This document shows positions 30,901-40,527 of a stretch of 64,000 nucleotides of DNA, in pieces. Under the pieces are notes generated by a model. The model was not told the DNA's origin. It did not search any database and saw only the letters and a program-made list of their open reading frames with translations. The DNA comes from Gammaproteobacteria bacterium (GTDB lineage Bacteria > Pseudomonadota > Gammaproteobacteria > JACKNK01). A program made the translations under genes and the position numbers. The first letter of the stretch is position 1, and every line of letters starts with the position of its first letter. The DNA lies in the NCBI GenBank assembly GCA_049604295.1, contig JBMYTL010000007.1, positions 8,172-72,171 on the forward strand. Reading direction: 5' to 3'.

Positions 30901-31877
30901 AAGGCATGGATATCCGGTGCTTCACCGCTGCGCCCCGACCCCGTGGGCACATCCGCTGCATCCGTAGGCGCCAGCATCAGGCCGGACAGGTCCGTATCAC
31001 CGCTGAGCTGGACCAGGGCGGCCTGCTCCCAGCGCGCGGACAGATCGAGGTTCAGACGACCGCCATGCACCTTTGTCCCGAGCACATCTCGATCACTCAA
31101 CCATGCGCCCAGGTTCATATTCTCGAGGGACAAGCGGCCGGTTCCAGACCATTGGGATGAGAACAGGTCACCATCCAGATCGAGCGCCAGCGACAACGCC
31201 CCACCGAAGCGCGGCGGTGGCATCAGCGCACCGCGCAGCCGATGACCGTCACCAAGATTCCCCAGACTCAACTGCGTCACCGTAAAGGGCAAGGGTGGCA
31301 ACCCCGCCCGTCGGCGATCATCACGCCAATGGACCTCGATATCGCGCAGGCGCACCCGTGGGAGCCGCTGCATCCAGGCGACGGCGGCCAGGCGCGCACT
31401 GCCCTCCGATGCCCCGCTGGGAAGGTTCTCAAGCCCTGCCACACTGATGCTGCGATCCTCATGTCTACGCACCCAGAGGCGGGCACCTGACACTTCCAGT
31501 TCATCGATCCGCGGGTCCAGCGCCAATAATGACCGCCATACCGCAAGGTCCACACCCAACTCACCGAATCGCATCAGGCGTTCGCCACCGGGGTGATCGA
31601 GGATGGCCACATCCAGAACACGAAGGCGTAGATCGGCTCCCGTCCAGGAGGATTCCACCCGCCCGATACTCAGGGGCTGACCGAGGGTGCGTGCCAGCCA
31701 GACCTCCATGTGCTGAGGGTTTGCCGCCAGCCAGGCCGCCAGTCCGTGGGTTCCGGCCACCACCAGCACACCCAGCAGCGCAAGCACCAGGAACGGCCAA
31801 CGCACAAGACGCCATGGCCTGCTGTGCAACAGGCGCGTCGGGCGCTTACGGGTGGAGGATTCGTCGGGGGCGTTCAT
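27936..31877 (-). CDS. yhdP: AsmA-like giant envelope protein YhdP
   Basis: About 1310 aa with a single N-terminal TM (WPFLVLALLGVLVVAGTHGLAAWL) and a long beta-rich body. Conserved position after maf-rng. ATG 31877, alternative GTG 31898. Confidence 0.85.
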   Translation of the reverse strand: MNAPDESSTRKRPTRLLHSRPWRLVRWPFLVLALLGVLVVAGTHGLAAWLAANPQHMEVWLARTLGQPLSIGRVESSWTGADLRLRVLDVAILDHPGGERLMRFGELGVDLAVWRSLLALDPRIDELEVSGARLWVRRHEDRSISVAGLENLPSGASEGSARLAAVAWMQRLPRVRLRDIEVHWRDDRRRAGLPPLPFTVTQLSLGNLGDGHRLRGALMPPPRFGGALSLALDLDGDLFSSQWSGTGRLSLENMNLGAWLSDRDVLGTKVHGGRLNLDLSARWEQAALVQLSGDTDLSGLMLAPTDAADVPTGSGRSGEAPDIHALSGKFEWRLEDDHWRLNIEPMDIVGASGPWPEGRLALTGRTTESDGELALSLELDHARLDDLVGLALHSQRLSEGMRATLIGIRPRASVHDLRLSLEGPVKAPHYGVKARIEDIHSDRYGEIPGLRGGVVQLSANSDGGSADLSSEDLNVDFGDLFRAPLELGQVRGRVLWQRGEQGWRVETDNLDLRNADASARVRLRGLFPPDGRPHLDVTGRLWDGDGTATPRYLPVAIMPELTTRWLSNAFKAGRVTEGSFMLRGDPADFPFDNGKGHFEVRFHATDGELHYWDGWPRITDAEADVVFINRSLWVHGRRARLWDGVLEQVEVHIPDLDNAVLSIKGQASGPLKDMQRFVNESPLREEIGPGLNRLDFSGEGVLDLAVTLPLDTLETEIDGRLELLSARATLLKPRIPFSRVRGEVRFDRRSVRADRIDAVLRERPVRITLSPGQTAGALDIGMSARMSAARLLGEGAEGLDQWLSGEPLWNIAVRTSGSGAAARTRVRIRSDLREATLNLPPPLGKPPAQPLELNLQLKVSDEVPGPVDVTLGNDLRARLRLQQDDEAFTLRAAGVHVNNGAPPLPDAGLVLRGRFDAIDLDPFLDLIAAGDGGAPIMPVSLVELWAGELTVFGRIAHDTHLIARPEGDSWSVGLQGRQVSGEVHLPGTPSRERPVQVSFERLHLGGGASSGARSYSTTDPRDLPPMLMSVGQFRFGDMDLGSLTLDAVPTEDGLQVRLLDIQSDDTDMRAWGSWLFDGERHRSEFDVDLVSRDLEGTLERLAIDGGLEAESANLHLEAAWDAPPMDFTFDKMNGDMSVAVKEGRMMDVDPGAGRILGLISLPGLTRRVRGDFTDLTEKGFAFNSISGDVSIVGGVAHTENLSVDGPAAQVNISGDMDLRNQTYDQVMDVIPGVSSTFPIAGALVGGTGVGAVVLLAQKLLEKDLNKLAKRQYRITGPWNEPLIEPYVEPDDGPDGGDDDKTVDTGSMLDAAND

Positions 31878-31949
31878 GACGGGGCCGTGCCGACGCACGG
31901 CGCGGCGGATACGATCCAGTGGATGTCGAGAGGCGGCATCAGGAGCGTG

Positions 31950-33410
31950 CTACATGAGCACGACGTCGAAATTCTCCTGGGTATACAGCGGTTCGGCCTG
32001 GAAGCGGATGGGCTTGTCGATAAAGGACTCGAGGTCCGCTACGGAGGCTGATTCCTCGTCCAACATCATGTCCACCACGGGCTGGCTGGCCACAACCAGA
32101 AGCGACTCAGCATCAAACTGACGCGCCTCCCGCAGGATCTCCCTGAAGATTTCGAAACACACGGTCTCGGCTGTCTTCAAAGTCCCACGACCTTCGCAGG
32201 TGGGACAGGCCTCACAGAGGATATGTTCCAGACTTTCGCGCGTTCTCTTGCGTGTCATCTCCACCAGACCCAGGGAGGAGACCTCGCTGACATGGGTCTT
32301 CGCGTGATCTTTCTCCAGTGCCTTTTCCAAGGCGCGTAAAACCTGGCGCTTGTGCTCATCCAGGGTCATATCGATGAAGTCGATGATGATGATGCCCCCC
32401 AGATTGCGCAGCCGTAGCTGGCGCGCGATGGCCTGCGCGGCCTCCAGGTTGGTCTTGAAGATGGTTTCTTCGAGGTTGCGCCGCCCCACATATCCGCCGG
32501 TATTGACGTCGATGGTGGTCATGGCCTCGGTCTGGTCGATGATCAGGTAACCACCGGACTTGAGCTGGACCTTGCGGTTGAGCGCTTTCTGGATCTCCTC
32601 CTCGATGTTGTACAGGTCGAACAGCGGTCGCTCACCGGGGTAGTGCTCGACCCGGGTGGACATCTCCGAGCAGAACTTCGTGACGAAGTCCTGCACCTTG
32701 TTGTAGCTCTCGCGGGAATCGATGCGCACCTTCTCCAGGCCCAGTCCCACGAAATCGCGCAGGATGCGCAGGGCCAGGGGCAGGTCCTCGTGGACACAGG
32801 TGGGCGGGAAGGCCACGGCGGCCTTCTCCTGCAGGTGATTCCAGAGTTTGACGAGGAAGCGCATGTCATCACGCAAGGCATCCTCGGGAACATGCTCGGC
32901 TGCCGTACGCACGATGAAGCCGAGCTTGCCTTCACTGATCTCCGTGGCACCGGCGATCAGTTCCTTGAGACGGCCCCGCTCATCCTCATCCTCGATCTTG
33001 GTGGAAATTCCCGCGGTAGGGTTATGCGGCATCAGCACCAGGTAACGCGAGGGGATGGTGATATAGGTGGTCAGGCGTGCGCCCTTCGTGCCCAGGGGAT
33101 CCTTGACCACCTGAACCACCACGTCATCGCCCTCCTTGAGCAGCAGATTGATGTCGTCGGTCGGCGCCTGACCCTCCGGCGGATTCTGCGCGACGTCGGA
33201 CACGTGCAGGAACGCCGCGCGCTCGAGCCCGATATCCACGAACGCGGCCTGCATGCCCGGTAGGACACGACTGACCTGGCCCTTATAGACATTCCCGACG
33301 ATCCCGCGACGACGCCGCCGCTCCACCAGGATTTCCTGAAGGACACCGTTCTCGACCACCGCCACGCGCGTCTCCTGCGGCGTGACATTGATCAGGATCT
33401 CCTCGCTCAT
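31950..33410 (-). CDS. rng: Ribonuclease G
   Basis: MSEEILINVTPQETRVAVVENGVLQEI, S1 domain GNVYKGQVSRVLPGMQAAFVDIG, catalytic GGIIIIDFIDM. Confidence 0.93.
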   Translation of the reverse strand: MSEEILINVTPQETRVAVVENGVLQEILVERRRRRGIVGNVYKGQVSRVLPGMQAAFVDIGLERAAFLHVSDVAQNPPEGQAPTDDINLLLKEGDDVVVQVVKDPLGTKGARLTTYITIPSRYLVLMPHNPTAGISTKIEDEDERGRLKELIAGATEISEGKLGFIVRTAAEHVPEDALRDDMRFLVKLWNHLQEKAAVAFPPTCVHEDLPLALRILRDFVGLGLEKVRIDSRESYNKVQDFVTKFCSEMSTRVEHYPGERPLFDLYNIEEEIQKALNRKVQLKSGGYLIIDQTEAMTTIDVNTGGYVGRRNLEETIFKTNLEAAQAIARQLRLRNLGGIIIIDFIDMTLDEHKRQVLRALEKALEKDHAKTHVSEVSSLGLVEMTRKRTRESLEHILCEACPTCEGRGTLKTAETVCFEIFREILREARQFDAESLLVVASQPVVDMMLDEESASVADLESFIDKPIRFQAEPLYTQENFDVVLM

Positions 33411-33447
33411 ACCCGAGGGACGCGGCACGAAACAGGGTTCTTGTTCT

Positions 33448-34050
33448 TCAAAGGACATCGACACCGCTCTCTCTCAACATGGACGCCGTCTCGAACAGGG
33501 GCAGCCCCATCACACCGCTGAAACTACCCTCGAGACGCTCGATGAACACGGCACCACGCCCTTGTATGGCATACCCACCGGCTTTGTCCGTCGGCTCGCC
33601 GCTGTCCCAATAGGCGGACCACTCATCGTCATCGAAGGCGCGCATATGCACGTGACTGACGCTGAGGCGCAAACGTTCCGCTCCCGCCCCGATCAGGGCA
33701 ACAGCGGACAACACGCGGTGTTCGACACCCGACAACAAGCGCCCCATGCGCATGAAATCGTCCCGATCGCGGGGCTTACCGAGTATCGCCCCACCGGCGA
33801 TCACGGCGGTATCGGCACCCAGGACGGGCCGGTTACCGTGGCCCGAGGTACCCCGGGAGGCAGCCATGCCCCCGGCATGGGCCTTCTCCCGAGCCATGCG
33901 TTCGACGTAGACCTCAGGCGACTCGCCGGGAAGTACCGATTCATCAATGGCGGCGGCACAAACCACGAAGCGCACACCGATCTGGTCGAGCAACTCCCGC
34001 CTGCGCGGAGATTGGGAGGCCAGGACAACATCAGGATGAGGTAAGGACAT
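33448..34050 (-). CDS. maf: Maf-like nucleoside triphosphate pyrophosphatase
   Basis: VVLASQSPRRRELLDQIG, LGADTAV, KAGGYAIQG. ATG at 34050. Confidence 0.87.
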   Translation of the reverse strand: MSLPHPDVVLASQSPRRRELLDQIGVRFVVCAAAIDESVLPGESPEVYVERMAREKAHAGGMAASRGTSGHGNRPVLGADTAVIAGGAILGKPRDRDDFMRMGRLLSGVEHRVLSAVALIGAGAERLRLSVSHVHMRAFDDDEWSAYWDSGEPTDKAGGYAIQGRGAVFIERLEGSFSGVMGLPLFETASMLRESGVDVL

Positions 34051-34260
34051 GCCCGGGCCGGTTCGAGGGGTTGGGTATGAGATGGGTGTGACACTCCGCG
34101 AAGGAGGGCCGTTTTGAATAGGGGCCGGGATCATACTATGAGTTGCGCCCCCCCATCGGCGGGCCCCTGATCGTGATGCACCCGCGCCGCGGATTCCCAC
34201 CCTTCCGACACGATCATCAGGCCCGGGTGGCCGCCCGAAGCCCGTTCACTCCCTGCCCGT

Positions 34261-34731
34261 TCACTCCCGGTGATACGGATGGTTCTTGAGCACCGTCCAG
34301 CCGCGGTATACCTGTTCCGCCACCAAAACCCTGACGAGGGCATGGGGAAACGTGAGACGGGAAAGAGACCAGATCAAATCCGCCCGCGCACGACACGCCT
34401 CACTCAAGCCATCCGCACCGCCGACAAGCAGGGCGACATCCCGCCCCTGCGCCAACCAGTCATCCATGCGGTCAGCCAGGTCCCGCGTGGACCAGGTGCT
34501 GCCGTGCTCGTCCAGGGCCACGACCAGGGCCCCTTTGGGCACGGCGGCAAGCAGCGATTGCCCCTCGGCCTCCTTGACGCGACGCGCATCCGCATTGCGT
34601 GCCCGCTTCGCGGGGCTGATTTCCTTCAGTTCGAGTCGGCACTCACGGGGCATCCGCCCGGCGTAGGTCGCATACCCCTCCTCTACCCAGGCAGGCACCC
34701 GCTGGGCAACGGACAACAGGTGGATGCGCAC
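34261..34731 (-). CDS. rlmH: 23S rRNA (pseudouridine1915-N3)-methyltransferase
   Basis: 156 aa SPOUT protein, LLVGGADGL ... LSRLTFPHALVRVLVAEQVYRGWTVLKNHPYHRE. Confidence 0.92.
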   Translation of the reverse strand: MRIHLLSVAQRVPAWVEEGYATYAGRMPRECRLELKEISPAKRARNADARRVKEAEGQSLLAAVPKGALVVALDEHGSTWSTRDLADRMDDWLAQGRDVALLVGGADGLSEACRARADLIWSLSRLTFPHALVRVLVAEQVYRGWTVLKNHPYHRE

Positions 34732-34755
34732 GCGTGACCGCCGTCAGTGATGCCG

Positions 34756-35112
34756 TCAGTGCTGCCGACGGGACTCCGCTTGCGAGTCCTCCGGGGCCTC
34801 CCACAGGCGCTCGAGCTGATAGAACTCGCGCACTGCCGGCAGCATCACATGGACCACGACATCGCCCAGATCCACGAGCACCCATTCGGCGCCGTCCTCA
34901 CCTTCCACACCCAGGGGCTTGATGTCGTGCGCCTTGGCCTCATCGACCACATTTCCCGCGATGGACTTGACGTGGCGGCTGGAGGTCCCGCTCACGATGA
35001 TGAGCACGTCCGTGACACTGGTCTTGTCGCGCACGTCCAGTACGCGGACGTTGACGGCCTTCATGTCCTCCACGGCGTGGAGCATGAGATCTCTGAGTTC
35101 TTCGGTCTGCAT
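34756..35112 (-). CDS. rsfS: Ribosomal silencing factor RsfS
   Basis: [39 protein letters not shown] ... [15 protein letters not shown] ... [10 protein letters not shown]. Confidence 0.92.
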   Translation of the reverse strand: MQTEELRDLMLHAVEDMKAVNVRVLDVRDKTSVTDVLIIVSGTSSRHVKSIAGNVVDEAKAHDIKPLGVEGEDGAEWVLVDLGDVVVHVMLPAVREFYQLERLWEAPEDSQAESRRQH

Positions 35113-35184
35113 GGAGTCCTGGTTGGGCTCGAGGGGATGAAAGGGCAGCGACGCCCTCGTCGGGCCCGGATTATCGCACAGGGT

Positions 35185-37233
35185 TCATTCATCCTGGGCC
35201 AGGGCAATGGCGACATCTCTGAACTGATCTTTCCACTTCTGCGCGCGCTGCGCGCGGAACACCCGCACCTGCGGATACCAGGGCGACGCCGTACCCCCCA
35301 TGGGCCAACGCCAATGAGACACCCGCGGCACCACCACCCACACCCGGCAGCCCAGGGCAGCGGCCAGGTGGCAGACCTGGGTATCGGTGGAGATGATCAG
35401 GTCAAACTGCTTGAGTATGGCGGCCAGATCGGCGAATGAATGCGGCAGGTCGGCGAGATTCTCGAAACCGGGCAGATCGGGGTTGGGGCGACCGTGCTGC
35501 AAGCCGTACCAATTCACGCCACTGACCGCCTGCAACGGGTGCAGGTCCGATTCGTGGCAACTGCCGTAGGGATCGTGCCGACGCGACGGATTCGCCGACC
35601 ACACGAGTGCCACCTTGCGGCCCCTGACCTTGAGGGTGTTGCGCCACTCGTGGGCCTTGCGCTGCGATACCCTGAGGTACGGGATATTCGCCGGGATCGT
35701 GTGCCCCTCGGTGTTGAAAAACCGCGCCAGGGACATGACGGGGCTATGGACATCCCAGTCCCTGCCATGCACCTCCCCGGGGGCTACGTAGGCATCGGCC
35801 AGGTCGGAGTCCTCGGCCAGTTCGCGCATCGACGGCGGCACCTCGAGAATGACCCGCTCGGCCAACACGCGCAGATCATCGAGGTAGCGCAGGAAGATGA
35901 AGGACTCGGAGTTGTCCGGCTCCAGCCAGACAAGGATGCGCTTGCCACGCAGGCTCTCGCCGTGCCAGCGCAGATCCTCCGGAAACCGCCGGGTGAATGC
36001 CGGGGCATAGGTCTGATCGACCAGACGCCATTCCAGCTCCCGCCAACCCTCACGGTAATTCCCCAACAGCAGCTGGCCCGACGCCTTTATCCGGTGCGCC
36101 ATGGGCAGCTTGTGGTTGAGCGCAAGCGCCTGGTCCACCGACTGGATGGACTGGGTCACGTAGCCCGCCTCCAGATACAACTCGGCCAGGTGGATGAGGG
36201 GGATGGGATCCTTGCGGTCCTCATTGGCCAGGAACCGGAACTGCTCGATGGCCCCTTTAAGGTCTCCGTGGCGGTGGCAGGTCAGAGCGAGGTTGAGTCG
36301 ATAAGGCCCCGGGTCCGGGGCCATGCTCACCGCCTTACGCAAGGCCGCGATAGCGCGGGCGTCGTCCCCCATTCCACGCAGGATCAAGCCGATGTTATTG
36401 AATACGCCGGCATCCTTGGGCAGCAGCCGGGCCGTGATCTTGGCCTCGCGCAGGGCTGCCATGGGCAGCCCCGCGGTATTGAGGGCCACGCTCAGGTTGT
36501 TGTGCAACTCGGCATCGGTGGGTTTGAACGCGACCGCCCGGGACAGCTCCACGACGGCCAGGGCGGCTCTCATATTCTGCATGTACAGCAGCCCCAGGCG
36601 AGCGTAGGCCTCCGGGCGTGCGGGATGCTGTAGCGCCAGTGCGCGCAGCTTGGCCTCCGCCTGGGCCGCCTCCGCCGGTACACCGGAAGCCACCAGACCG
36701 ACGCCGGACACCTCCTCGAGCCATTGCGGCGGAACATCCTCCTGGGGCGGCACACCCGCGGCCTCCACGCGCCGCAGACCTGCCACGGCAACAGCGTTTT
36801 CGCGATCGAGGTCCAGTGCGATCCGGTAGTGCGCCTTGGCCAGGGCCACGCGCTTGCGTGCCTCGCACAGACGCGCGAAGTCCAGGTGAAGGCTGGCTTT
36901 TGCGGGATCGAGACGCAGTGCAAGTTCCATATGCGCCAAGGCGGATTCCACGTCACCGGATTTCACCAGGACCCGTGCCAGATCATGCAGTACCGAGGGG
37001 TCTCTCGGATTGGCATCGAGGATGGCCGCCAGGGCCGCTATGGCACCGACCCAATCCCCACGGCGCTGCTCGATACCCGCCATGAGGCGCAAACCGGCAC
37101 CGTTGCGCGGCTCATCCTCGAGGACGGTTCGAACGAGGTCACGCGCCTCGTCCAACTGGCCGTCGCGCACGAGCCGACGGGCATTGACCAGGGTTCGTGC
37201 CGCGGCCTTGCCGGTGTTATCCAGGTCAGCCAT
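35185..37233 (-). CDS. TPR-repeat protein fused to a GT9-like (heptosyltransferase-fold) glycosyltransferase domain
   Basis: About 400 aa of TPR repeats, then the junction motif GNYREGWRELEWR and a C-terminal GT-B half with STDTQVCHLAAALGCRVWVVVP (compare GT9 DSGPMHLAAALGTP). Confidence 0.7.
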   Translation of the reverse strand: MADLDNTGKAAARTLVNARRLVRDGQLDEARDLVRTVLEDEPRNGAGLRLMAGIEQRRGDWVGAIAALAAILDANPRDPSVLHDLARVLVKSGDVESALAHMELALRLDPAKASLHLDFARLCEARKRVALAKAHYRIALDLDRENAVAVAGLRRVEAAGVPPQEDVPPQWLEEVSGVGLVASGVPAEAAQAEAKLRALALQHPARPEAYARLGLLYMQNMRAALAVVELSRAVAFKPTDAELHNNLSVALNTAGLPMAALREAKITARLLPKDAGVFNNIGLILRGMGDDARAIAALRKAVSMAPDPGPYRLNLALTCHRHGDLKGAIEQFRFLANEDRKDPIPLIHLAELYLEAGYVTQSIQSVDQALALNHKLPMAHRIKASGQLLLGNYREGWRELEWRLVDQTYAPAFTRRFPEDLRWHGESLRGKRILVWLEPDNSESFIFLRYLDDLRVLAERVILEVPPSMRELAEDSDLADAYVAPGEVHGRDWDVHSPVMSLARFFNTEGHTIPANIPYLRVSQRKAHEWRNTLKVRGRKVALVWSANPSRRHDPYGSCHESDLHPLQAVSGVNWYGLQHGRPNPDLPGFENLADLPHSFADLAAILKQFDLIISTDTQVCHLAAALGCRVWVVVPRVSHWRWPMGGTASPWYPQVRVFRAQRAQKWKDQFRDVAIALAQDE

Positions 37234-37365
37234 TCAGGCAATCATCACGACACACGGGGTACACCTGCAATGCGGTCGGCGGCACGCCGTCGAACAGGCC
37301 CCCCTCGACACCGCATGACCCCGTTCTGTTGTGTGTACTGAGCCCGCCAAGCCACGCCCCTCCAG

Positions 37366-38007
37366 TCATTGAGCCCGCCCATAGAGCCCTCGCTCCTCGA
37401 TCATCGCGATGACCCGATCCGGCACGAGAAAGCGCACCGAACGCCCCGACCGCAATCGCTCGCGAAGCCCACTGGAAGAAATATCCAGCGGCGGAATTTC
37501 GAAGGCAAGAATGCCCCCGGCCCGTCGCTCGCGCAATTGCGCCACCTGATCAAGCCGGGCACGGGCGTACAAATCGGCGACAGGTCCACCGCGGGGCAAC
37601 GATTCGCCTGGTCTCGACGCGACGACGATATGGGCGATCGAGGGAATCTCCCGCCAACGATGCCAGCGATCCAAACCCGCGAATGCATCGTTCCCGACCA
37701 CCAGACAAAGGGGCCTGTCGGGATACTCCGATGCCAGTTCAGAGAGCGTATCGATGCTGTAGGACGGCCCCGGGCGTTCCAGTTCCCGGCCATCGGCCAA
37801 CAACGCATCTTCACCCTCGAGGGCGGCGCCCAGGAGTGCCAGCCGATCCGCTCCGGACACCGTGGGACGAGCCCTGTGCGGCGGGAGCGCGTTGGGAATG
37901 AGGTGCACCTGACAGGCACCCAGGCGTTCGCGTAACTCAACGGCGAGGCGCAGATGCCCGTGATGGACGGGGTCGAAGGTGCCACCGAACATGACCACCG
38001 GTTGCAT
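37366..38007 (-). CDS. nadD: Nicotinate-nucleotide adenylyltransferase
   Basis: GGTFDPVHHGHLRLA (HxGH) and ISSSGLRERL. ATG 38007 preferred, as the longer start (38055) would overlap proA. Confidence 0.87.
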   Translation of the reverse strand: MQPVVMFGGTFDPVHHGHLRLAVELRERLGACQVHLIPNALPPHRARPTVSGADRLALLGAALEGEDALLADGRELERPGPSYSIDTLSELASEYPDRPLCLVVGNDAFAGLDRWHRWREIPSIAHIVVASRPGESLPRGGPVADLYARARLDQVAQLRERRAGGILAFEIPPLDISSSGLRERLRSGRSVRFLVPDRVIAMIEERGLYGRAQ

Positions 38008-38032
38008 GGGTACTTCGCCCCCGCCGCCGGGC

Positions 38033-39334
38033 TCAGCGCCGGATATGTCCGTCACCCAGCACGATGTATTTGCGGCTGGTCAGGCCCTCGAGTCCAACGG
38101 GGCCGCGGGCATGAATCTTGTCGGTGCTGATACCGATCTCGGCGCCCAATCCATACTCGAATCCGTCGGCGAAGCGGGTGGACGCGTTGACCATGACGGA
38201 GGCCGAATCCACCTCGCGCAGGAACCGCCGGGCGCGGCTGTAATCCTCGGTCACGATGGTGTCCGTATGGTGGGAACCATGACGATCGATATGGTCCATG
38301 GCCGCGTCCATGTCGGAGACCACACGCACCGCGAGCACGGGCGCCAGGTACTCGGTATCCCAATCCGCCTCAGTGGCGGGCGTGACCGAGTCACCCAGTA
38401 TGGCGGCGCTGCGCTCACAAGCACGCAGCTCCACGCCCTTTTCCTGATAGGCGGCGGCCAAGCGGGGAAGCAGCGCGTCGGCCACGCCCTCGTGAACGAG
38501 CAGGGTTTCCATGGCGTTACAGACCCCGTAGCGATGGGTCTTTGCGTTGATAGCGATATCCGTGGCCTTGGTCGTATCGGCCCGATCATCGATGTACACG
38601 TGGCAGATCCCATCGAGGTGCTTGATCACCGGCACGCGCGCCTCGTTGCTGATGCGCTCGATCAGGCCCTTGCCGCCGCGCGGCACGATCACGTCCACGT
38701 ACTCGGGCATGGCGATCAGGCGGCCGACCGCTGCCCGGTCCGTCGTCTCCACCACCTGGACCGCCTGGGCCGGCAACCCCGCGGACTCGAGCCCCGCGCC
38801 GATACAGGCCGCGATGGCCCGGTTGGAATGAATGGCCTCCGAGCCCCCGCGCAAAATGGTGGCATTGCCGGATTTCAGGCACAGTCCGGCGGCATCGGCC
38901 GTGACGTTGGGGCGCGACTCGTAAATGATCCCGATCACCCCCAGAGGCACCCGCATCTGACCCACCTGGATACCCGACGGGCGGAAGGACATGTCCGAAA
39001 TCTCTCCGACCGGATCGGGCAAGGTGGCAATCTGGCGCAAGCCTTCGGCCATTCCCGCGATCCGCTCATGAGTCAGTTCAAGACGATCCAGAAGCGCGGC
39101 ATCCAGACCCCGCTCCCGCCCCGTTTCCAGGTCCTTGGCGTTTTCAGCGCGCAAGGTCTCCGACTCGGCCTCGATCCGATCCGCCATGGCGAGCAGGGCG
39201 GCATTCTTGGCGCCGGTATCGGCACGTGCCATGGCCCGCGCCGCCTCGCGGGCCTGACGCCCGAGAGAATCCATGTACGCGATGACATCCTGTGCGGAGT
39301 CGGAGGTAGACAGTGATTGAGGAGTGGCGTTCAT
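38033..39334 (-). CDS. proA: Gamma-glutamyl phosphate reductase
   Basis: 433 aa aldehyde-dehydrogenase fold, [11 protein letters not shown] (catalytic Cys), [22 protein letters not shown]. Confidence 0.95.
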   Translation of the reverse strand: MNATPQSLSTSDSAQDVIAYMDSLGRQAREAARAMARADTGAKNAALLAMADRIEAESETLRAENAKDLETGRERGLDAALLDRLELTHERIAGMAEGLRQIATLPDPVGEISDMSFRPSGIQVGQMRVPLGVIGIIYESRPNVTADAAGLCLKSGNATILRGGSEAIHSNRAIAACIGAGLESAGLPAQAVQVVETTDRAAVGRLIAMPEYVDVIVPRGGKGLIERISNEARVPVIKHLDGICHVYIDDRADTTKATDIAINAKTHRYGVCNAMETLLVHEGVADALLPRLAAAYQEKGVELRACERSAAILGDSVTPATEADWDTEYLAPVLAVRVVSDMDAAMDHIDRHGSHHTDTIVTEDYSRARRFLREVDSASVMVNASTRFADGFEYGLGAEIGISTDKIHARGPVGLEGLTSRKYIVLGDGHIRR

Positions 39335-39354
39335 GGTAGTGGGGGGGTTCCGCG

Positions 39355-39382
39355 CATCGGGTTCAGGGCATCGGGTTCAGGG
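39355..39382. repeat. 14-bp perfect tandem repeat x2 (catcgggttcaggg)
   Basis: Read directly in the proA-holA spacer. Confidence 0.95.
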
Positions 39383-39428
39383 CAACCGGAGCACCCGCAT
39401 CAAATCGCGGGGGAGGCCGGGCCGGAAG

Positions 39429-39476
39429 GCCGGTGGATCAGGCCGCCGGTGGATCAGGCCGCCAGAGGGTCAGGCC
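39429..39476. repeat. 16-bp tandem repeat x3 (gccggtggatcaggcc x2 plus degenerate gccagagggtcaggcc)
   Basis: Read directly. The third unit overlaps the holA stop codon (39470-39472). Confidence 0.95.
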
Positions 39477-40519
39477 GAATTCGCCATTATACGTCGCGCC
39501 ATCCGCTGCCCGGAACACAGTTGACTGAGTGCGACGCTCACTTCGAGAAGTTGCGTCCACGGCTCACCTGTTTCCGCGCCTTTCGCGATCCGGTCCGCAC
39601 GGGCGCAGGCCCTCTGGATGGTGAGCAAACCGGCCGCACGGACGTGACGCAATGCGGCACGGTAGGGAGCCGCGCGCTGCGTGAACAGTCGCTGTTCGCG
39701 CAAGACCCGGTCGAGGGCCTGACCCTGGTCCCGCGCGGCGGCCAGCAGTCCCAGCTTGCGCACTCCATCCGCCAGCACCCAGGTGATGAAGACCTCGGAG
39801 ACGCCCTCTCCGCGCAAACCTTCCAGAACATGTACGGCCCGCGCTGCCTGGCCATTGAGCGCGGCATTCACCAGGTCGTAGGGATCGAAACGCGAACTGT
39901 CGGCCACGGCCGCACGCGCCTGTTCGAGGCTGACCGCGCCGGGACCGCAGAGCAGAGCCAGTTTGGATACCTCCTGCGCGGCGGCCAGCAGATTGCCCTC
40001 CACGCGTTCAACCAGCAGTTGCACTACATCGGGCTCGGGCTGCATTCCGGCTTCACGCAGACGCCGCCCCACCCATCCCGGCAGGGCCTTCAATTCCACC
40101 GGCCAGATACGCACCACGACGCCCGCCGCATCGATTGCCTTCACCCATTTCCCCCCCATGGCCCGCTTATCCATGCGCCCGGTGGAGATCAACAACACCG
40201 TGTCCTCGGGCGGCCGCTCCGCATAGGTGGCCAGGGCCTTGGCCCCATCGACGCCCGGGGACGGTTTGGGCATGCGGACATCCAGAATACGTCGGCTGGC
40301 GAACAGGGACAGCGCATCGGCCTCTCCGGCGAGCGCCCCCCAATCGAACGAGGCATCCACATGAAACACCTGGCGCTCGTCGAACCCCTGTCCCCGGGCC
40401 GCCGCCCGAATGGCGTCAGCGGCCTCCATCATCTGCAACGGCTCATCACCGCTGAGCAGGTAGACCGGCGCCAAGCCCTGTTGGAGCGTTCTGTGCAGGT
40501 CCTCGGGGCGGGTCTCCAC
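39470..40519 (-). CDS. holA: DNA polymerase III delta subunit
   Basis: 349 aa, PVYLLSGDEPLQMMEA N-terminus. Conserved leuS-lptE-holA order. GTG start. Confidence 0.85.
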   Translation of the reverse strand: METRPEDLHRTLQQGLAPVYLLSGDEPLQMMEAADAIRAAARGQGFDERQVFHVDASFDWGALAGEADALSLFASRRILDVRMPKPSPGVDGAKALATYAERPPEDTVLLISTGRMDKRAMGGKWVKAIDAAGVVVRIWPVELKALPGWVGRRLREAGMQPEPDVVQLLVERVEGNLLAAAQEVSKLALLCGPGAVSLEQARAAVADSSRFDPYDLVNAALNGQAARAVHVLEGLRGEGVSEVFITWVLADGVRKLGLLAAARDQGQALDRVLREQRLFTQRAAPYRAALRHVRAAGLLTIQRACARADRIAKGAETGEPWTQLLEVSVALSQLCSGQRMARRIMANSA

Positions 40520-40527
40520 GCGCGGGC

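Noticed and set aside
39355-39476. Considered whether the tandem repeats here and at 46809-46856 could be miniature CRISPR arrays.
   Set aside because: The units are directly adjacent with no spacers and there are only 2-3 copies of 14-16 bp. No cas genes are in the window.
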